From Pseudomonadales bacterium (GTDB taxonomy: Bacteria; Pseudomonadota; Gammaproteobacteria; Pseudomonadales; Azotimanducaceae), in assembly GCA_016779585.1 (NCBI GenBank), contig JADHNI010000002.1:24441-88440 (forward strand): a stretch of DNA of 64,000 nucleotides. The letters run 5' to 3'. The position numbers and the translations under genes are program-made. The notes below the pieces were generated by a model. That model saw nothing but the letters and a program-made list of their open reading frames with translations, was not told where the DNA came from and did not search any database. This document shows positions 25,766 through 34,931 of the stretch, piece by piece; positions within the stretch are counted from its first letter, which is position 1; each line of letters begins with the position of its first letter.

Positions 25766-28731
25766 TGACGAAACAAATCATTGTCGATGCAGCGGCGCAG
25801 CTGCTGCCAGTTAACCAGAAAATCAGCGAACGTTTTTTGCTTGTGTGCAGCAAGCTTGAGGACCCAGGCGAAGGTCTGCTGAAGACGTTTGCGGAAGACT
25901 GTCTTGTGGTCGCTGGCAGCGGTTGGCGTTCTTTTGAACCACTCAATACCCTGCTGGATTTAACCCCCGACCTTCAGTCAGCGAATCGCCTGCTGCAGTC
26001 TTCCGGTTGTTGTCGTCAGTTGAGCGGCTACTCCTACGAGCCGGTTCAGGCATACCTGGAACTGGTGGCGGGAGGTGTTGATGCGGCTGAGGACCTTGGC
26101 GAACTTGAAACCCTCGGGCTGTCGTTGCACCAGCAGTACCAGCATGCGTCATCTCTGGTTGCCGCCTATTTCAGGGCTGCGGCCAGTGTGCTCGGTAACC
26201 GCGACCTCGGTGCCTGGACTGCGCTGGTGCAGCTCCTGGCGACTATCAGTCGTGACCAGCTTCAATTGCTGCTGAAGCTCACCCCGGAATGCTCTCGATG
26301 GCAAACAGCCCTGTCGCTGGCGCTGGCATCTCCCGACAATGCGCTTGCCTGGCTGCGCAATTTCAGAAGGCTCGGCGCACTTTTTGGTGAGCAGATGACA
26401 CAGGTGGAAGCGTTGCTGGAAGCCTGCGCAGACATGACGCACATGGACAAGCTGCTGGCGGTCCTCCCCGATCTAGCGGTACTGCCTGCCTCGAGTCGCG
26501 AATTATTGCTTGTGGAGGCGCTGGTCCTGCCGTCCAGTGACGGCGTGATGGCCTTGCTGTCGCATGCCGGTGAGTTGCCGTTGCACCGTGAGGATGTCGT
26601 CAGGAGCTGGTTACAGAAAGGCGTGGAAGAAACATCCGGCAATGATGCAGCCCTGGTGGCTTATCTCAGTCTCGAATCCATGCGTTCACAGGACGCGCTG
26701 AAGAACTTTCGCGGTGAGGTGTGTCTTGTAGATTACCAGCGGACCTTTGATCTGCTGGTCGAGGCATTGTCAGCTCGCCAATTGATGATAGAAGCGATGC
26801 CGGAGGTTCAGGAGTCGCAAGCCTTCCGGCAGAGCGGATTTGTGTCAATGGGCATGGACGCACGTACCATTTACCTGCCGGAAGCGGTGAACCTGTTTGA
26901 TACCCAGGTCGATAACTTCGCTTTCTACAAGGTTTCCATTTTTCACCAGATTGGGTTTGTTGAATTTGGCTGTTTTGAGGCGATAGAGCAGGTCGACTCT
27001 GCGCTGTCAGCATGCAGGGATGAACAACTGGCCAGGGCGCTCTTCCAGATGGTGGAGGATGCCCGAATCGACTGGCAGCTCGAGTATCGCTATCCAGGCC
27101 TTGCCCCTTCGCTGCATCGTTTGAAGCAACTGGCGCTGGACAGTCGGCAGGATCCGATGACTTTGAGAGTTCGCTTGCTGGAAGAAGTATTGAGAACCGG
27201 TCTGGACAGTGAGCAGCCGATGCCTGTGAATGAAGCGTTGCAGGGGGTGGTGCTTTCCCTGCGCGAACAGCTGTATAGCCTGGCAAAACCCGGTGCAAGC
27301 ATCGCTGATGCGCTGGACGTCACGCTCAACTGTTATGAGCTGATCATGAACGTGGTGTCTGGTGAATCAGCCAGGCTGAAGATGTCAGAGGAAGCCATGG
27401 CTGCCACCATGGAAGAACTTCCGGAGCCGGTTTCATTTCGAGGGGAAATCGAAGTATCTGAAGTGGCCCGAAGCCTCCGGATCGAAGCGCTGGTGGAAGC
27501 GCTTGAAGAGGAATCAGGGGTTCTCCCTGACGAACCCGGTGTACAGATGCCCGGTTCCCCGGACGAGCACCTGGAGATTGGTGATTTGCAGGGCGGAGAA
27601 GTGACCGAGGGTGTGTCCATGATCCTGACTGAGTTGCAGAGAGAACTCGATGGCTCGGAACAAACGCCTGAAGGCGGTGATGGAAAAGGCGTCCTGGAAT
27701 TTTTGGGTGGTCTGTCGGCGCACACCAGTGAAACCAGTCGCCATCGTTACGATGAGTGGGACCACGGCATCGGCGACTACCGGGCGGGCTGGTGCACGCT
27801 GTATGAACATCGTGACGTCGAGGAAGACCAGGGATACTTCAGGAAAACGCTGCACGAAAATCAGGACCTCTCGCAACGTATTCGGCATCAGTTGAATAAG
27901 GTCCGGCCAGAGATGCTGCGCAAGGTGAAAGGCGTGATCGAAGGTGAGGAACTGGATCTCGAAAGGTCGATCAGTTATGTCGTCGACAGAAAGGTCGGGC
28001 TGACGCCTGACGAAACCATCTACATCCAGCGGCAGCGAAAGGAACGGGATGTCTCAACCCTGTTCCTGCTGGATATGAGTGCGTCTACCGATGACATTGT
28101 GCCCGACCCGGAACATCTGCCACCACCTGCACCGGATATGAACGATGATGATGAGTTTCTCATGCGTTACTTCGAAGAACACCGCGCATACGAGGCGGAT
28201 GCCAAACGCATTATCGACCTGGAGAAAGCATCGGTTATCCTCATGTCGGATGCTTTGGAGTCGCTTGGTGACGCCTATTCCGTCTGTGGTTTTTCCGGTT
28301 ATGGCAGGGATCAGGTGGACTATTACCTGTGCAAGGATTTTGATGAGCCGTTTAATGCCCGGGTTAAAGGCAAGATCGGTGGCATCAAACCTTGCCGGAG
28401 TACAAGAATGGGTGCGCCGATTCGCCACGCAACCCGTCGCCTGATGCAGACTGGTTCGCGGATCAAGGCGCTGATCATCATTTCGGATGGGTATCCCCAG
28501 GACCATGACTACGGCGCTGACCGTAATTCAAGAGAGTATGGCCTGAACGACACAATGAAAGCCCTGTCGGAAGCCAAGCAGCAGGGTGTGCTTAGTTACT
28601 GCCTGACTGTCGACCCCTCGGGACACGACTACCTCAGGGCGATGTGCCCGGACAGCCAGTACATGGTGATACAGGATATCAACCAGTTGCCTGAAGAACT
28701 GTCACGTGTCTATCGTTCCCTGACAGGTTAA
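25765..28731 (+). CDS. CbbO/NorD-like von Willebrand factor A protein (988 aa)
   Basis: C-terminal VWA with MIDAS LLDMSASTDD, preceded by the NorD/CbbO-type YDEWDHGIGDYRAGWC motif. The long (about 650 aa) helical N-terminal region is uncharacterised. Its ATG overlaps the cbbQ-like TGA. Confidence 0.85.
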   Translation: MTKQIIVDAAAQLLPVNQKISERFLLVCSKLEDPGEGLLKTFAEDCLVVAGSGWRSFEPLNTLLDLTPDLQSANRLLQSSGCCRQLSGYSYEPVQAYLELVAGGVDAAEDLGELETLGLSLHQQYQHASSLVAAYFRAAASVLGNRDLGAWTALVQLLATISRDQLQLLLKLTPECSRWQTALSLALASPDNALAWLRNFRRLGALFGEQMTQVEALLEACADMTHMDKLLAVLPDLAVLPASSRELLLVEALVLPSSDGVMALLSHAGELPLHREDVVRSWLQKGVEETSGNDAALVAYLSLESMRSQDALKNFRGEVCLVDYQRTFDLLVEALSARQLMIEAMPEVQESQAFRQSGFVSMGMDARTIYLPEAVNLFDTQVDNFAFYKVSIFHQIGFVEFGCFEAIEQVDSALSACRDEQLARALFQMVEDARIDWQLEYRYPGLAPSLHRLKQLALDSRQDPMTLRVRLLEEVLRTGLDSEQPMPVNEALQGVVLSLREQLYSLAKPGASIADALDVTLNCYELIMNVVSGESARLKMSEEAMAATMEELPEPVSFRGEIEVSEVARSLRIEALVEALEEESGVLPDEPGVQMPGSPDEHLEIGDLQGGEVTEGVSMILTELQRELDGSEQTPEGGDGKGVLEFLGGLSAHTSETSRHRYDEWDHGIGDYRAGWCTLYEHRDVEEDQGYFRKTLHENQDLSQRIRHQLNKVRPEMLRKVKGVIEGEELDLERSISYVVDRKVGLTPDETIYIQRQRKERDVSTLFLLDMSASTDDIVPDPEHLPPPAPDMNDDDEFLMRYFEEHRAYEADAKRIIDLEKASVILMSDALESLGDAYSVCGFSGYGRDQVDYYLCKDFDEPFNARVKGKIGGIKPCRSTRMGAPIRHATRRLMQTGSRIKALIIISDGYPQDHDYGADRNSREYGLNDTMKALSEAKQQGVLSYCLTVDPSGHDYLRAMCPDSQYMVIQDINQLPEELSRVYRSLTG

Positions 28732-28754
28732 GATGGCAAAAAAGAAGAACACGC

Positions 28755-29411
28755 ATGACTGTCTCAAAACCCACCAGCAGTGACGTTGAACGCGTAAGCT
28801 ATCACCATGGTGATCTTCGCCAGGCGATCCTGACGGCAGCATGCGAGTACCTGAAGAATGAAAATGCTGACACCCTGAGCCTTCGCGCATTGGCAAGGGA
28901 GATTGGCGTTTCCCAGACTGCACCCTATCGTCACTTTGATTCCCGTAACGCGCTGTTCGCCGGGATCGCAACCTGGGGCTTCCAGATTCTTGAGAAAGAG
29001 ATGGAAACCAGCCTGGAAGGGAAGGTCAAGTCATCGCCGGATACCATGATTGATATGGGCATGACCTACCTGAAGTTCGCAGAGAGTCATTCAGAGAAGT
29101 ACCAGTTGTTCTTTGACAGCAGCATGGTGGATTTCGATGAATATCCGGACCTGCAGGATGCCAGCGGCCAGTGTTTCGAGACCCTGCTTGAAGTCATTGA
29201 GGCAGGTCAGCGGGCTGGCATCTATCGTGTCCAGCCGGTAGAGCAACTGGCAGGCCAGATATGGTCAGGTCTGCACGGTATTGCGAGTCTCATTCAGCTG
29301 AGCGGCAAACGTCCAACCTTCTTTGAGAAACCCACGGGCAAGGCGATTCGTTACCTGGCAGAAGAGCGCAGGCAGGTGCTGACCAACCTGCTCGATACCA
29401 TTCGAACCTGA
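28755..29411 (+). CDS. TetR/AcrR-family transcriptional regulator
   Basis: HTH LSLRALAREIGVSQTAPYRHF, 218 aa. Confidence 0.88.
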   Translation: MTVSKPTSSDVERVSYHHGDLRQAILTAACEYLKNENADTLSLRALAREIGVSQTAPYRHFDSRNALFAGIATWGFQILEKEMETSLEGKVKSSPDTMIDMGMTYLKFAESHSEKYQLFFDSSMVDFDEYPDLQDASGQCFETLLEVIEAGQRAGIYRVQPVEQLAGQIWSGLHGIASLIQLSGKRPTFFEKPTGKAIRYLAEERRQVLTNLLDTIRT

Positions 29412-29416
29412 ATCAG

Positions 29417-30007
29417 TTAAGTTTTGCTGACGGCAGCGATTAAAAGGTCAGCCAGTTCCCTGACCCTGGTGTTGCTGGAGTGTGCTTTGCCCAGGGTGCT
29501 CAACCCGTGCAAGCTGATCTGGAACCGATCGGCGAGATCTGCGGCGCTGTCGCTGGAGCGGATTTCTCCGCGGGCGAGGCCTGTCTCAAAGGCATCCACG
29601 TAAAACTGTCTCATGTGATTCAATGCGAAGTTAAGGCGTCGGGTCAGCTTCTGGCTTTTACCTCGCAGGCTGACAGCTAGTGTGCCGATGGGACAGCCGA
29701 TGTAGTATCGCTTGCCATCGAACCTGAGATAGCCGCTCGCGATTCGCTCGATTTCCCTGGCCAGCTTCTCGTTAGCGGGTATGCTGCTGGTGAAAATATC
29801 TTCCATGTCGGACTGGCACAGGTGCCAGACGTGGTTAACAACATCAACCGCCAATGCTTCCTTGTTGGGGAAAAAATGATAGAAACTACCCTTGGTAGAA
29901 GAAGAGAGCTCGCAGAGCTCATCGACAGTTACAACATAGCCACTGATGAGGAATCGCGTCATCGCGATATTGATGATGAGTTCCCTTCGATTCGATTTCC
30001 TTGGCAT
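29417..30007 (-). CDS. TetR/AcrR-family transcriptional regulator
   Basis: N-terminal HTH region (VDELCELSSSTKGSFYHFFPNKEAL), 196 aa. Divergent from an MFS gene. Confidence 0.85.
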   Translation of the reverse strand: MPRKSNRRELIINIAMTRFLISGYVVTVDELCELSSSTKGSFYHFFPNKEALAVDVVNHVWHLCQSDMEDIFTSSIPANEKLAREIERIASGYLRFDGKRYYIGCPIGTLAVSLRGKSQKLTRRLNFALNHMRQFYVDAFETGLARGEIRSSDSAADLADRFQISLHGLSTLGKAHSSNTRVRELADLLIAAVSKT

Positions 30008-30042
30008 ACCTTTATGATATCAGCTTTTCCCGGTATTCGAAG

Positions 30043-31290
30043 ATGAGCTCAACAGCTGGCAGAGAACCCTCACACGGCTCCAACCCTTTTGGTTGGTATC
30101 TGGCGGGCGCTGCCTGCCAGTTCATACCCTTTGGTGTTCATAACGTACTGTTCGCATGGTTGCTCACGGTTCAGTTGGGTGAAAACGGTGTGCGTCTTGG
30201 GTTTGCGCAGATGTGCGCGCAACTGCCCGGCCTGTTCCTGATGCTGTTCAGTGGCGTGCTGGCAGACCGGATGGATCGAAGACGCATACTGGTCATGTTC
30301 CACTGTCTCGGTGCGCTGCCGGGTATGACCCTGGCGCTGCTGGTGAGCCAGGGGTACCTGAGTTATGGCGCGTTGCTTGTCTTTGCGCTTGCCTTTGGAC
30401 TGTGTAACACCTTCCTGCAGCCAGCAAGGGACAGCCTGTTAAACCAGGTGGTGCACTCTAACCTGCAGCGTGCGGTTACCCTGTCCATGGGGCTGATGTT
30501 TGGCTGCCAGATTGTTGGGTACGGTTTTGCCAGCCAGGCAGATGAATTCGGTGCCGTGCCACTTTTGGTCCTGCAGGGTTCACTGCACCTGATGGGTGCC
30601 ATGTTTGCGTTAAAACTGCCACATTTTGCTCCGGCGCGTGAATCCCTTGATGTCGCGAAAGAAAAGGCCACAAAAAGTGCGTTGTCTGATATTCGAGACG
30701 GGCTGAGTGTGATCCTCGGTTCACCACGGATGGCGCCGGTGATGTTGTTGATGCTCGCGATCGGGCTTTTTTACAGCGGTGCCTTTTTTGTTTTAAACCC
30801 GCTTGTAGTCCGCGATATTTACGGTGGCGATGCTTCTGACATTGCCCTGTCTTATGTCTGTTTCATGGTGGGTACAATTTTTACGACGATCATCCTGGTG
30901 GCTGTCGGCGGGATACGGCGGCAGGGGCGGGGATTGATGCTTGCACTGCTGATGGGAGGCGCCTTTCTCACACTGATTGCCTTTGAGCTGCCTTTCTGGG
31001 GTTACCTCATCTGCCTCGGTTTCTGGGGAATGGGGGCAGGTGTTTCCATGAGCCTTGGGCGTGGCATCATCCAGGAAAACGCTCCGGAAAATTATCGTGC
31101 GCGGGCGTTATCAATTTTTTCCCTGGGCAATCTGGGCGCCATGCCAATCGGTTCGGTGCTGATGGGATATCTCTCAATGCAACTTGGGCCACTCAATGCC
31201 TACCTGGTGGCGGTGGCTGGTGTTTACTCTGTGGTCGCACTGGTCTGGCTGCGCACGGAACTGGGACACGTGAATCGATTGCATGACTAG
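30043..31290 (+). CDS. MFS transporter
   Basis: About 12 TM helices with the motif GVLADRMDRRRIL (MFS motif A). ATG 30043 is preferred over the upstream TTG. Confidence 0.85.
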   Translation: MSSTAGREPSHGSNPFGWYLAGAACQFIPFGVHNVLFAWLLTVQLGENGVRLGFAQMCAQLPGLFLMLFSGVLADRMDRRRILVMFHCLGALPGMTLALLVSQGYLSYGALLVFALAFGLCNTFLQPARDSLLNQVVHSNLQRAVTLSMGLMFGCQIVGYGFASQADEFGAVPLLVLQGSLHLMGAMFALKLPHFAPARESLDVAKEKATKSALSDIRDGLSVILGSPRMAPVMLLMLAIGLFYSGAFFVLNPLVVRDIYGGDASDIALSYVCFMVGTIFTTIILVAVGGIRRQGRGLMLALLMGGAFLTLIAFELPFWGYLICLGFWGMGAGVSMSLGRGIIQENAPENYRARALSIFSLGNLGAMPIGSVLMGYLSMQLGPLNAYLVAVAGVYSVVALVWLRTELGHVNRLHD

Positions 31291-31323
31291 TGCTGGTGCC
31301 GGCAGCAACTGTCGGTTGCACAG

Positions 31324-32511
31324 TCAGTGCTCTGTCACCCGGCGACCTAGCCAGTGCATTGAGATAAACAAAAGCATGTACATCATGGCCGCAAATGCAT
31401 AGGGCATAGCGGGGTTGTATTGATACATGAGTCCGCCCACCAGGGGGCCGATGGTAAATCCCAGGGGACCGCAGGAACCAGCTACACCCGCAACTGCCCC
31501 TTGCTCCTCGGCTGATACGGATAGCGAAGCGCCTGCCATGAAGCCGGGTCCGGCCAGTCCCATGCCGAAACCCAGGAAAGACATGGCAATCGTCAACAGC
31601 ATCCGCGTCTCAACCAGGCTCATCATTGAGAAGGCGATAATGAGCAGCGGTATCGCAAGTCTGAGCAACGTGAATGGTTTAACGTCCAGCCGCTGTACAA
31701 CAAATCCCTGGGCGAAAAGTGACGCAGCGGCTGAACACATCATGGCGATTCCAAATATGCGCGCGGTTTCAGTAGCTGTCAGTTGCAGGACGTCCTGGAA
31801 CCTGAAACCCATGGTTTGTTGCACCAATGCAAATCCGGTGAACATGCTTACGCCAACAATGACAAACGGCAGGATGCGTGGGTCGAAATAGCTCAACCTG
31901 GCTGTTCTGCGGACCGAAGTTGGGTTGTGGGGAGACTCTGGCAAAAAACGCCAGATAAACAGTCCATTCAGGAATGCCAGGGCAGCGACTGACCAGAGTG
32001 GCGTCAGGAGCGAGATAACCGCAAGCCCGGCAAGCGCAGGTCCGAGGATAGATCCGATGTTATTGGCTGCGCCCGCTGCACCCATTCCCCTGGTTCGTGA
32101 CGCTGTATCCGTGATGTCTGCCATGTAGGCGGTAGATGCGGGCATGGCTGCCGACATGATGCCTGCATGCATGACTCTTGTGACAATCAGGGCTGCAAAA
32201 AGGGGTAATCCTGCGATCCAGCCGGAGAGTCCCAGTTTCAGCACGGAATTGAACAGAACTGTCCCGAGCGAAAATCCGAATAACCCGACCAGAATCACCC
32301 GTTTGCGGCCCAGTCTGTCGCTTAGCCGCCCCCAGCGTGGAGAGGCCAGGAACACAGTCAGGGAGGAGATCGATATGATGCCTGTAATCTGTAGTTCAGA
32401 GAGCCCGAGTTCACGTCCCAGTGGTGCGAGCACCGGAAACAGCACGGTAAATCCCATACCCATGATGACGAGTGATGCCAGCAGGATGCGCCTGGCGTAG
32501 AGGTGTTCCAA
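31324..32511 (-). CDS. MFS transporter
   Basis: 395 aa, 12 TM, motif A GRLSDRLGRKRVI. TTG start as given in the ORF track. Confidence 0.85.
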   Translation of the reverse strand: MEHLYARRILLASLVIMGMGFTVLFPVLAPLGRELGLSELQITGIISISSLTVFLASPRWGRLSDRLGRKRVILVGLFGFSLGTVLFNSVLKLGLSGWIAGLPLFAALIVTRVMHAGIMSAAMPASTAYMADITDTASRTRGMGAAGAANNIGSILGPALAGLAVISLLTPLWSVAALAFLNGLFIWRFLPESPHNPTSVRRTARLSYFDPRILPFVIVGVSMFTGFALVQQTMGFRFQDVLQLTATETARIFGIAMMCSAAASLFAQGFVVQRLDVKPFTLLRLAIPLLIIAFSMMSLVETRMLLTIAMSFLGFGMGLAGPGFMAGASLSVSAEEQGAVAGVAGSCGPLGFTIGPLVGGLMYQYNPAMPYAFAAMMYMLLFISMHWLGRRVTEH

Positions 32512-32561
32512 TGCGTGACCCTGGTGCCTGTAGGAAAAGAAGGCGCATTCTATGGCCTCGT

Positions 32562-32632
32562 GGCTTCTGGTGAAAGCTCAGGTCTTCTGGTGAAAGCTCA
32601 GGGCTGCCGGTGAAAGCTCAGGGCTGCTGGTG
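32562..32632. repeat. 20-bp tandem repeat x3.5 (consensus GGCTNCTGGTGAAAGCTCAG) followed by a T7 run
   Basis: Units at 32562-32581, 32582-32601 and 32602-32621, plus a partial unit at 32622-32632. Located in the divergent MFS/PdxA-like promoter region. Confidence 0.9.
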
Positions 32633-32664
32633 TTTTTTTCCTGGTCACAGTAGGCTGGCTGCGC

Positions 32665-33666
32665 ATGAGTAAACCACTTCTTGCCATAACCATGGGTGAC
32701 CCGGCCGGGGTCGGGGCGGAAATCATCATCAAGGCTTATCGGCTGGCTGATCTCTATGAGCGGTCACTGCCGTTTGTTATTGGTTCCGCCGCCTGTCTCG
32801 AACGGGCAATGGCCCAGACCTCGATTACCCATCCGCTGACTATAGTTTCCGCTCCATCTGAAGTAACCGATTTGCCTGGCAGTATCCAGGTGCTGGAACC
32901 AGTTGAGTTTGATGCTGACAGTCTTGTCATGGGGCAGGTCAGCGCAACTTGTGGTGATGCTGCTGTGCAGTACTTTGAATCCGCGGTACGACTGTGCCTC
33001 TCCGGTGAGGTCCAGGGCGTTGTTACCTGTCCCATCAACAAGGAAGCGGTTCATGCCGCCGGTTACATTGGCGACATTGGTCACCAGGAGATCCTGGCGC
33101 GGATGACTGGTTCCGGTCTGACGGCGACCATGTTAATGACCCGGGGTCTTAAAGTAGCCCACCTGTCCACGCACAAGTCACTGGCGGAAGCCGTGGCTTA
33201 TGTGAAAGCGCCAATCATTGAAGAAAAACTTGTCCTAACCGACCAGAGCCTCCGGAACTGGGGTATTGCTGACCCAAGAATCGCGGTAGCTGCACTCAAT
33301 CCGCACGGCGGTGAAGGCGGGATGCTGGGGCGTGAGGAAATCGATGAAATTGCCCCGGCGGTTGAGCATTGTCGCGAGCAGGGTATAAACGCGACAGGTC
33401 CGCTGCCCGCAGATTCGGTTTTTTATCGTGCGATCCGTGGAGAATTTGACGCGGTCCTGGCGCTGTATCACGACCAGGGCCATATCGCGATCAAGGTTCA
33501 CAACTTTGAGCAGAGCATCACTGCAACCATGGGGATTCCGTTTATCCGGACCTCCGTGGACCACGGTACCGCTTTTGATATTGCTGGTCGTAACCAGGCC
33601 GATGCCAATGGCCTGGTGGAGGCAGCTTCAGCTGCCATATCCATGCTGAATCAATCACTTGTGTGA
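32665..33666 (+). CDS. PdxA-family NAD(P)-dependent 4-hydroxy-acid-phosphate dehydrogenase (PdxA paralogue)
   Basis: 333 aa with ITMGDPAGVGAEI, LNPHGGEGG and ALYHDQGHIAIK...TSVDHGTAFDIAG, the PdxA metal/substrate motifs. It is not in the usual surA-pdxA-rsmA context. Confidence 0.85.
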   Translation: MSKPLLAITMGDPAGVGAEIIIKAYRLADLYERSLPFVIGSAACLERAMAQTSITHPLTIVSAPSEVTDLPGSIQVLEPVEFDADSLVMGQVSATCGDAAVQYFESAVRLCLSGEVQGVVTCPINKEAVHAAGYIGDIGHQEILARMTGSGLTATMLMTRGLKVAHLSTHKSLAEAVAYVKAPIIEEKLVLTDQSLRNWGIADPRIAVAALNPHGGEGGMLGREEIDEIAPAVEHCREQGINATGPLPADSVFYRAIRGEFDAVLALYHDQGHIAIKVHNFEQSITATMGIPFIRTSVDHGTAFDIAGRNQADANGLVEAASAAISMLNQSLV

Positions 33667-33729
33667 GACTCCCAATGTAACTACAGTCATTGGCCAGGGG
33701 TGCCGGGCCGCCAAGGAAACTATCGAAGT

Positions 33730-34902
33730 ATGCAATGGAACAACTGGTCAGGTCGCCATCAGGTAGAAGCTGACACACTCACCTTCGTCCGGCGTGAAGA
33801 AGACGCCGCGGCATTCGTTTCTGAATATGCAAAAAGTGGAAAGACCATCAGGGTCGCCGGGTCCGGACATTCCCATGCACCGATTGTGGTCAACAATGAG
33901 GCTATTCTTGATGTGTCCGGCCTGTCTGGAATCATCAGTGTCGACAGCGAAGCCCGGTCAGCCTGGGTGCGGGCTGGTTCCACGATCTACAGCCTTGGCG
34001 TACAACTGCACGAACAGGGGCTGGCGCTCAGGAACCAGGGGGATATTGATCGCCAGCAACTTGGTGGTGTGATTGCGACAGGCACCCATGGTACCGGCAG
34101 TAAGCTGAAAAATATTTCGGGTTCAGTGCTCGGCGTACAGTTGATCCTCGCCGATGGTTCGATCGTGAACTGCAGCGCAGACGAGGAATCGGACCTGTTC
34201 CAGGTTGCGCGTCTCAGTATTGGTTCTGTCGGTGTCGTTACGCGCGTAGAGATGCAACTGACCGAAAGCGCGGTGCTGCAGGAGTCAGGCGAGCCGATGA
34301 GCTATGACGAGGTTGCGCCCAGGATTCCCGAGTTCATCGAGGGTAATGAACGCTGGGAGTTCTTCTGGTTCCCGGGCAACGACCAGGCGGTGACCAAGGC
34401 CATCAATCCAAGCAGCGAGCCTGCTTCCTATCCGCTGGCAGAAGAGGGCAGTCGCCGGGCATACAGTTTCGAGGTATTGCCCAATCACCGGCCGGTGCCA
34501 CATACCGAGATGGAATACAGCATTCCTGCCGAGTCAGGTCCCGAGTGTTTCGCCAGGATTCGAGAGCTGATACACACGAAGTTTCCCGACGTCGAATGGC
34601 CGGTGGAATACCGGACCATTGCGGAGGATGACATCTGGCTTTCCATGGCGGGTGGCCGCCCGACGGTCAGTATTTCAGTGCACCAGGATGTTCGCCTGGA
34701 TGAAGAACCCTACTATCGCGCCTGTGAAGAAATATTCCTGTCATACGGTGGTAGGCCTCACTGGGGCAAAGTACATTACCTGTCTCGCGATGAGTTCGCT
34801 CGGATTTACCCTCGCTGGGAAGACTGGTGGCGCGTCCGCGATCAGTATGATCCCAAAGGTACTTTCCTGAATGAACATCTGAGAAACATCAGGCCTGACT
34901 GA
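33730..34902 (+). CDS. FAD-linked aldonolactone oxidoreductase (D-arabinono-/L-gulono-1,4-lactone oxidase family)
   Basis: N-terminus WNNWSG, FAD-binding PCMH domain (RVAGSGHS) and C-terminal ALO motif (GGRPHWGK...DPKGTFLNEHL). Confidence 0.85.
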   Translation: MQWNNWSGRHQVEADTLTFVRREEDAAAFVSEYAKSGKTIRVAGSGHSHAPIVVNNEAILDVSGLSGIISVDSEARSAWVRAGSTIYSLGVQLHEQGLALRNQGDIDRQQLGGVIATGTHGTGSKLKNISGSVLGVQLILADGSIVNCSADEESDLFQVARLSIGSVGVVTRVEMQLTESAVLQESGEPMSYDEVAPRIPEFIEGNERWEFFWFPGNDQAVTKAINPSSEPASYPLAEEGSRRAYSFEVLPNHRPVPHTEMEYSIPAESGPECFARIRELIHTKFPDVEWPVEYRTIAEDDIWLSMAGGRPTVSISVHQDVRLDEEPYYRACEEIFLSYGGRPHWGKVHYLSRDEFARIYPRWEDWWRVRDQYDPKGTFLNEHLRNIRPD

Positions 34903-34931
34903 ACAAACACAAATTCATCTGAGGAGAACTC

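Noticed and set aside
24926-28731. Calling the CbbQ/CbbO-like pair a Rubisco activase, or a NorQ/NorD NO-reductase maturation factor.
   Set aside because: No Rubisco, carboxysome, norBC or nir genes occur anywhere in the 64-kb window. Only the family assignment is supported, and the client is left open.
32562-32632. The tandem 20-bp repeat as a mini CRISPR array.
   Set aside because: The units are contiguous with no spacers, only 3.5 copies are present, and there are no cas genes in the window.
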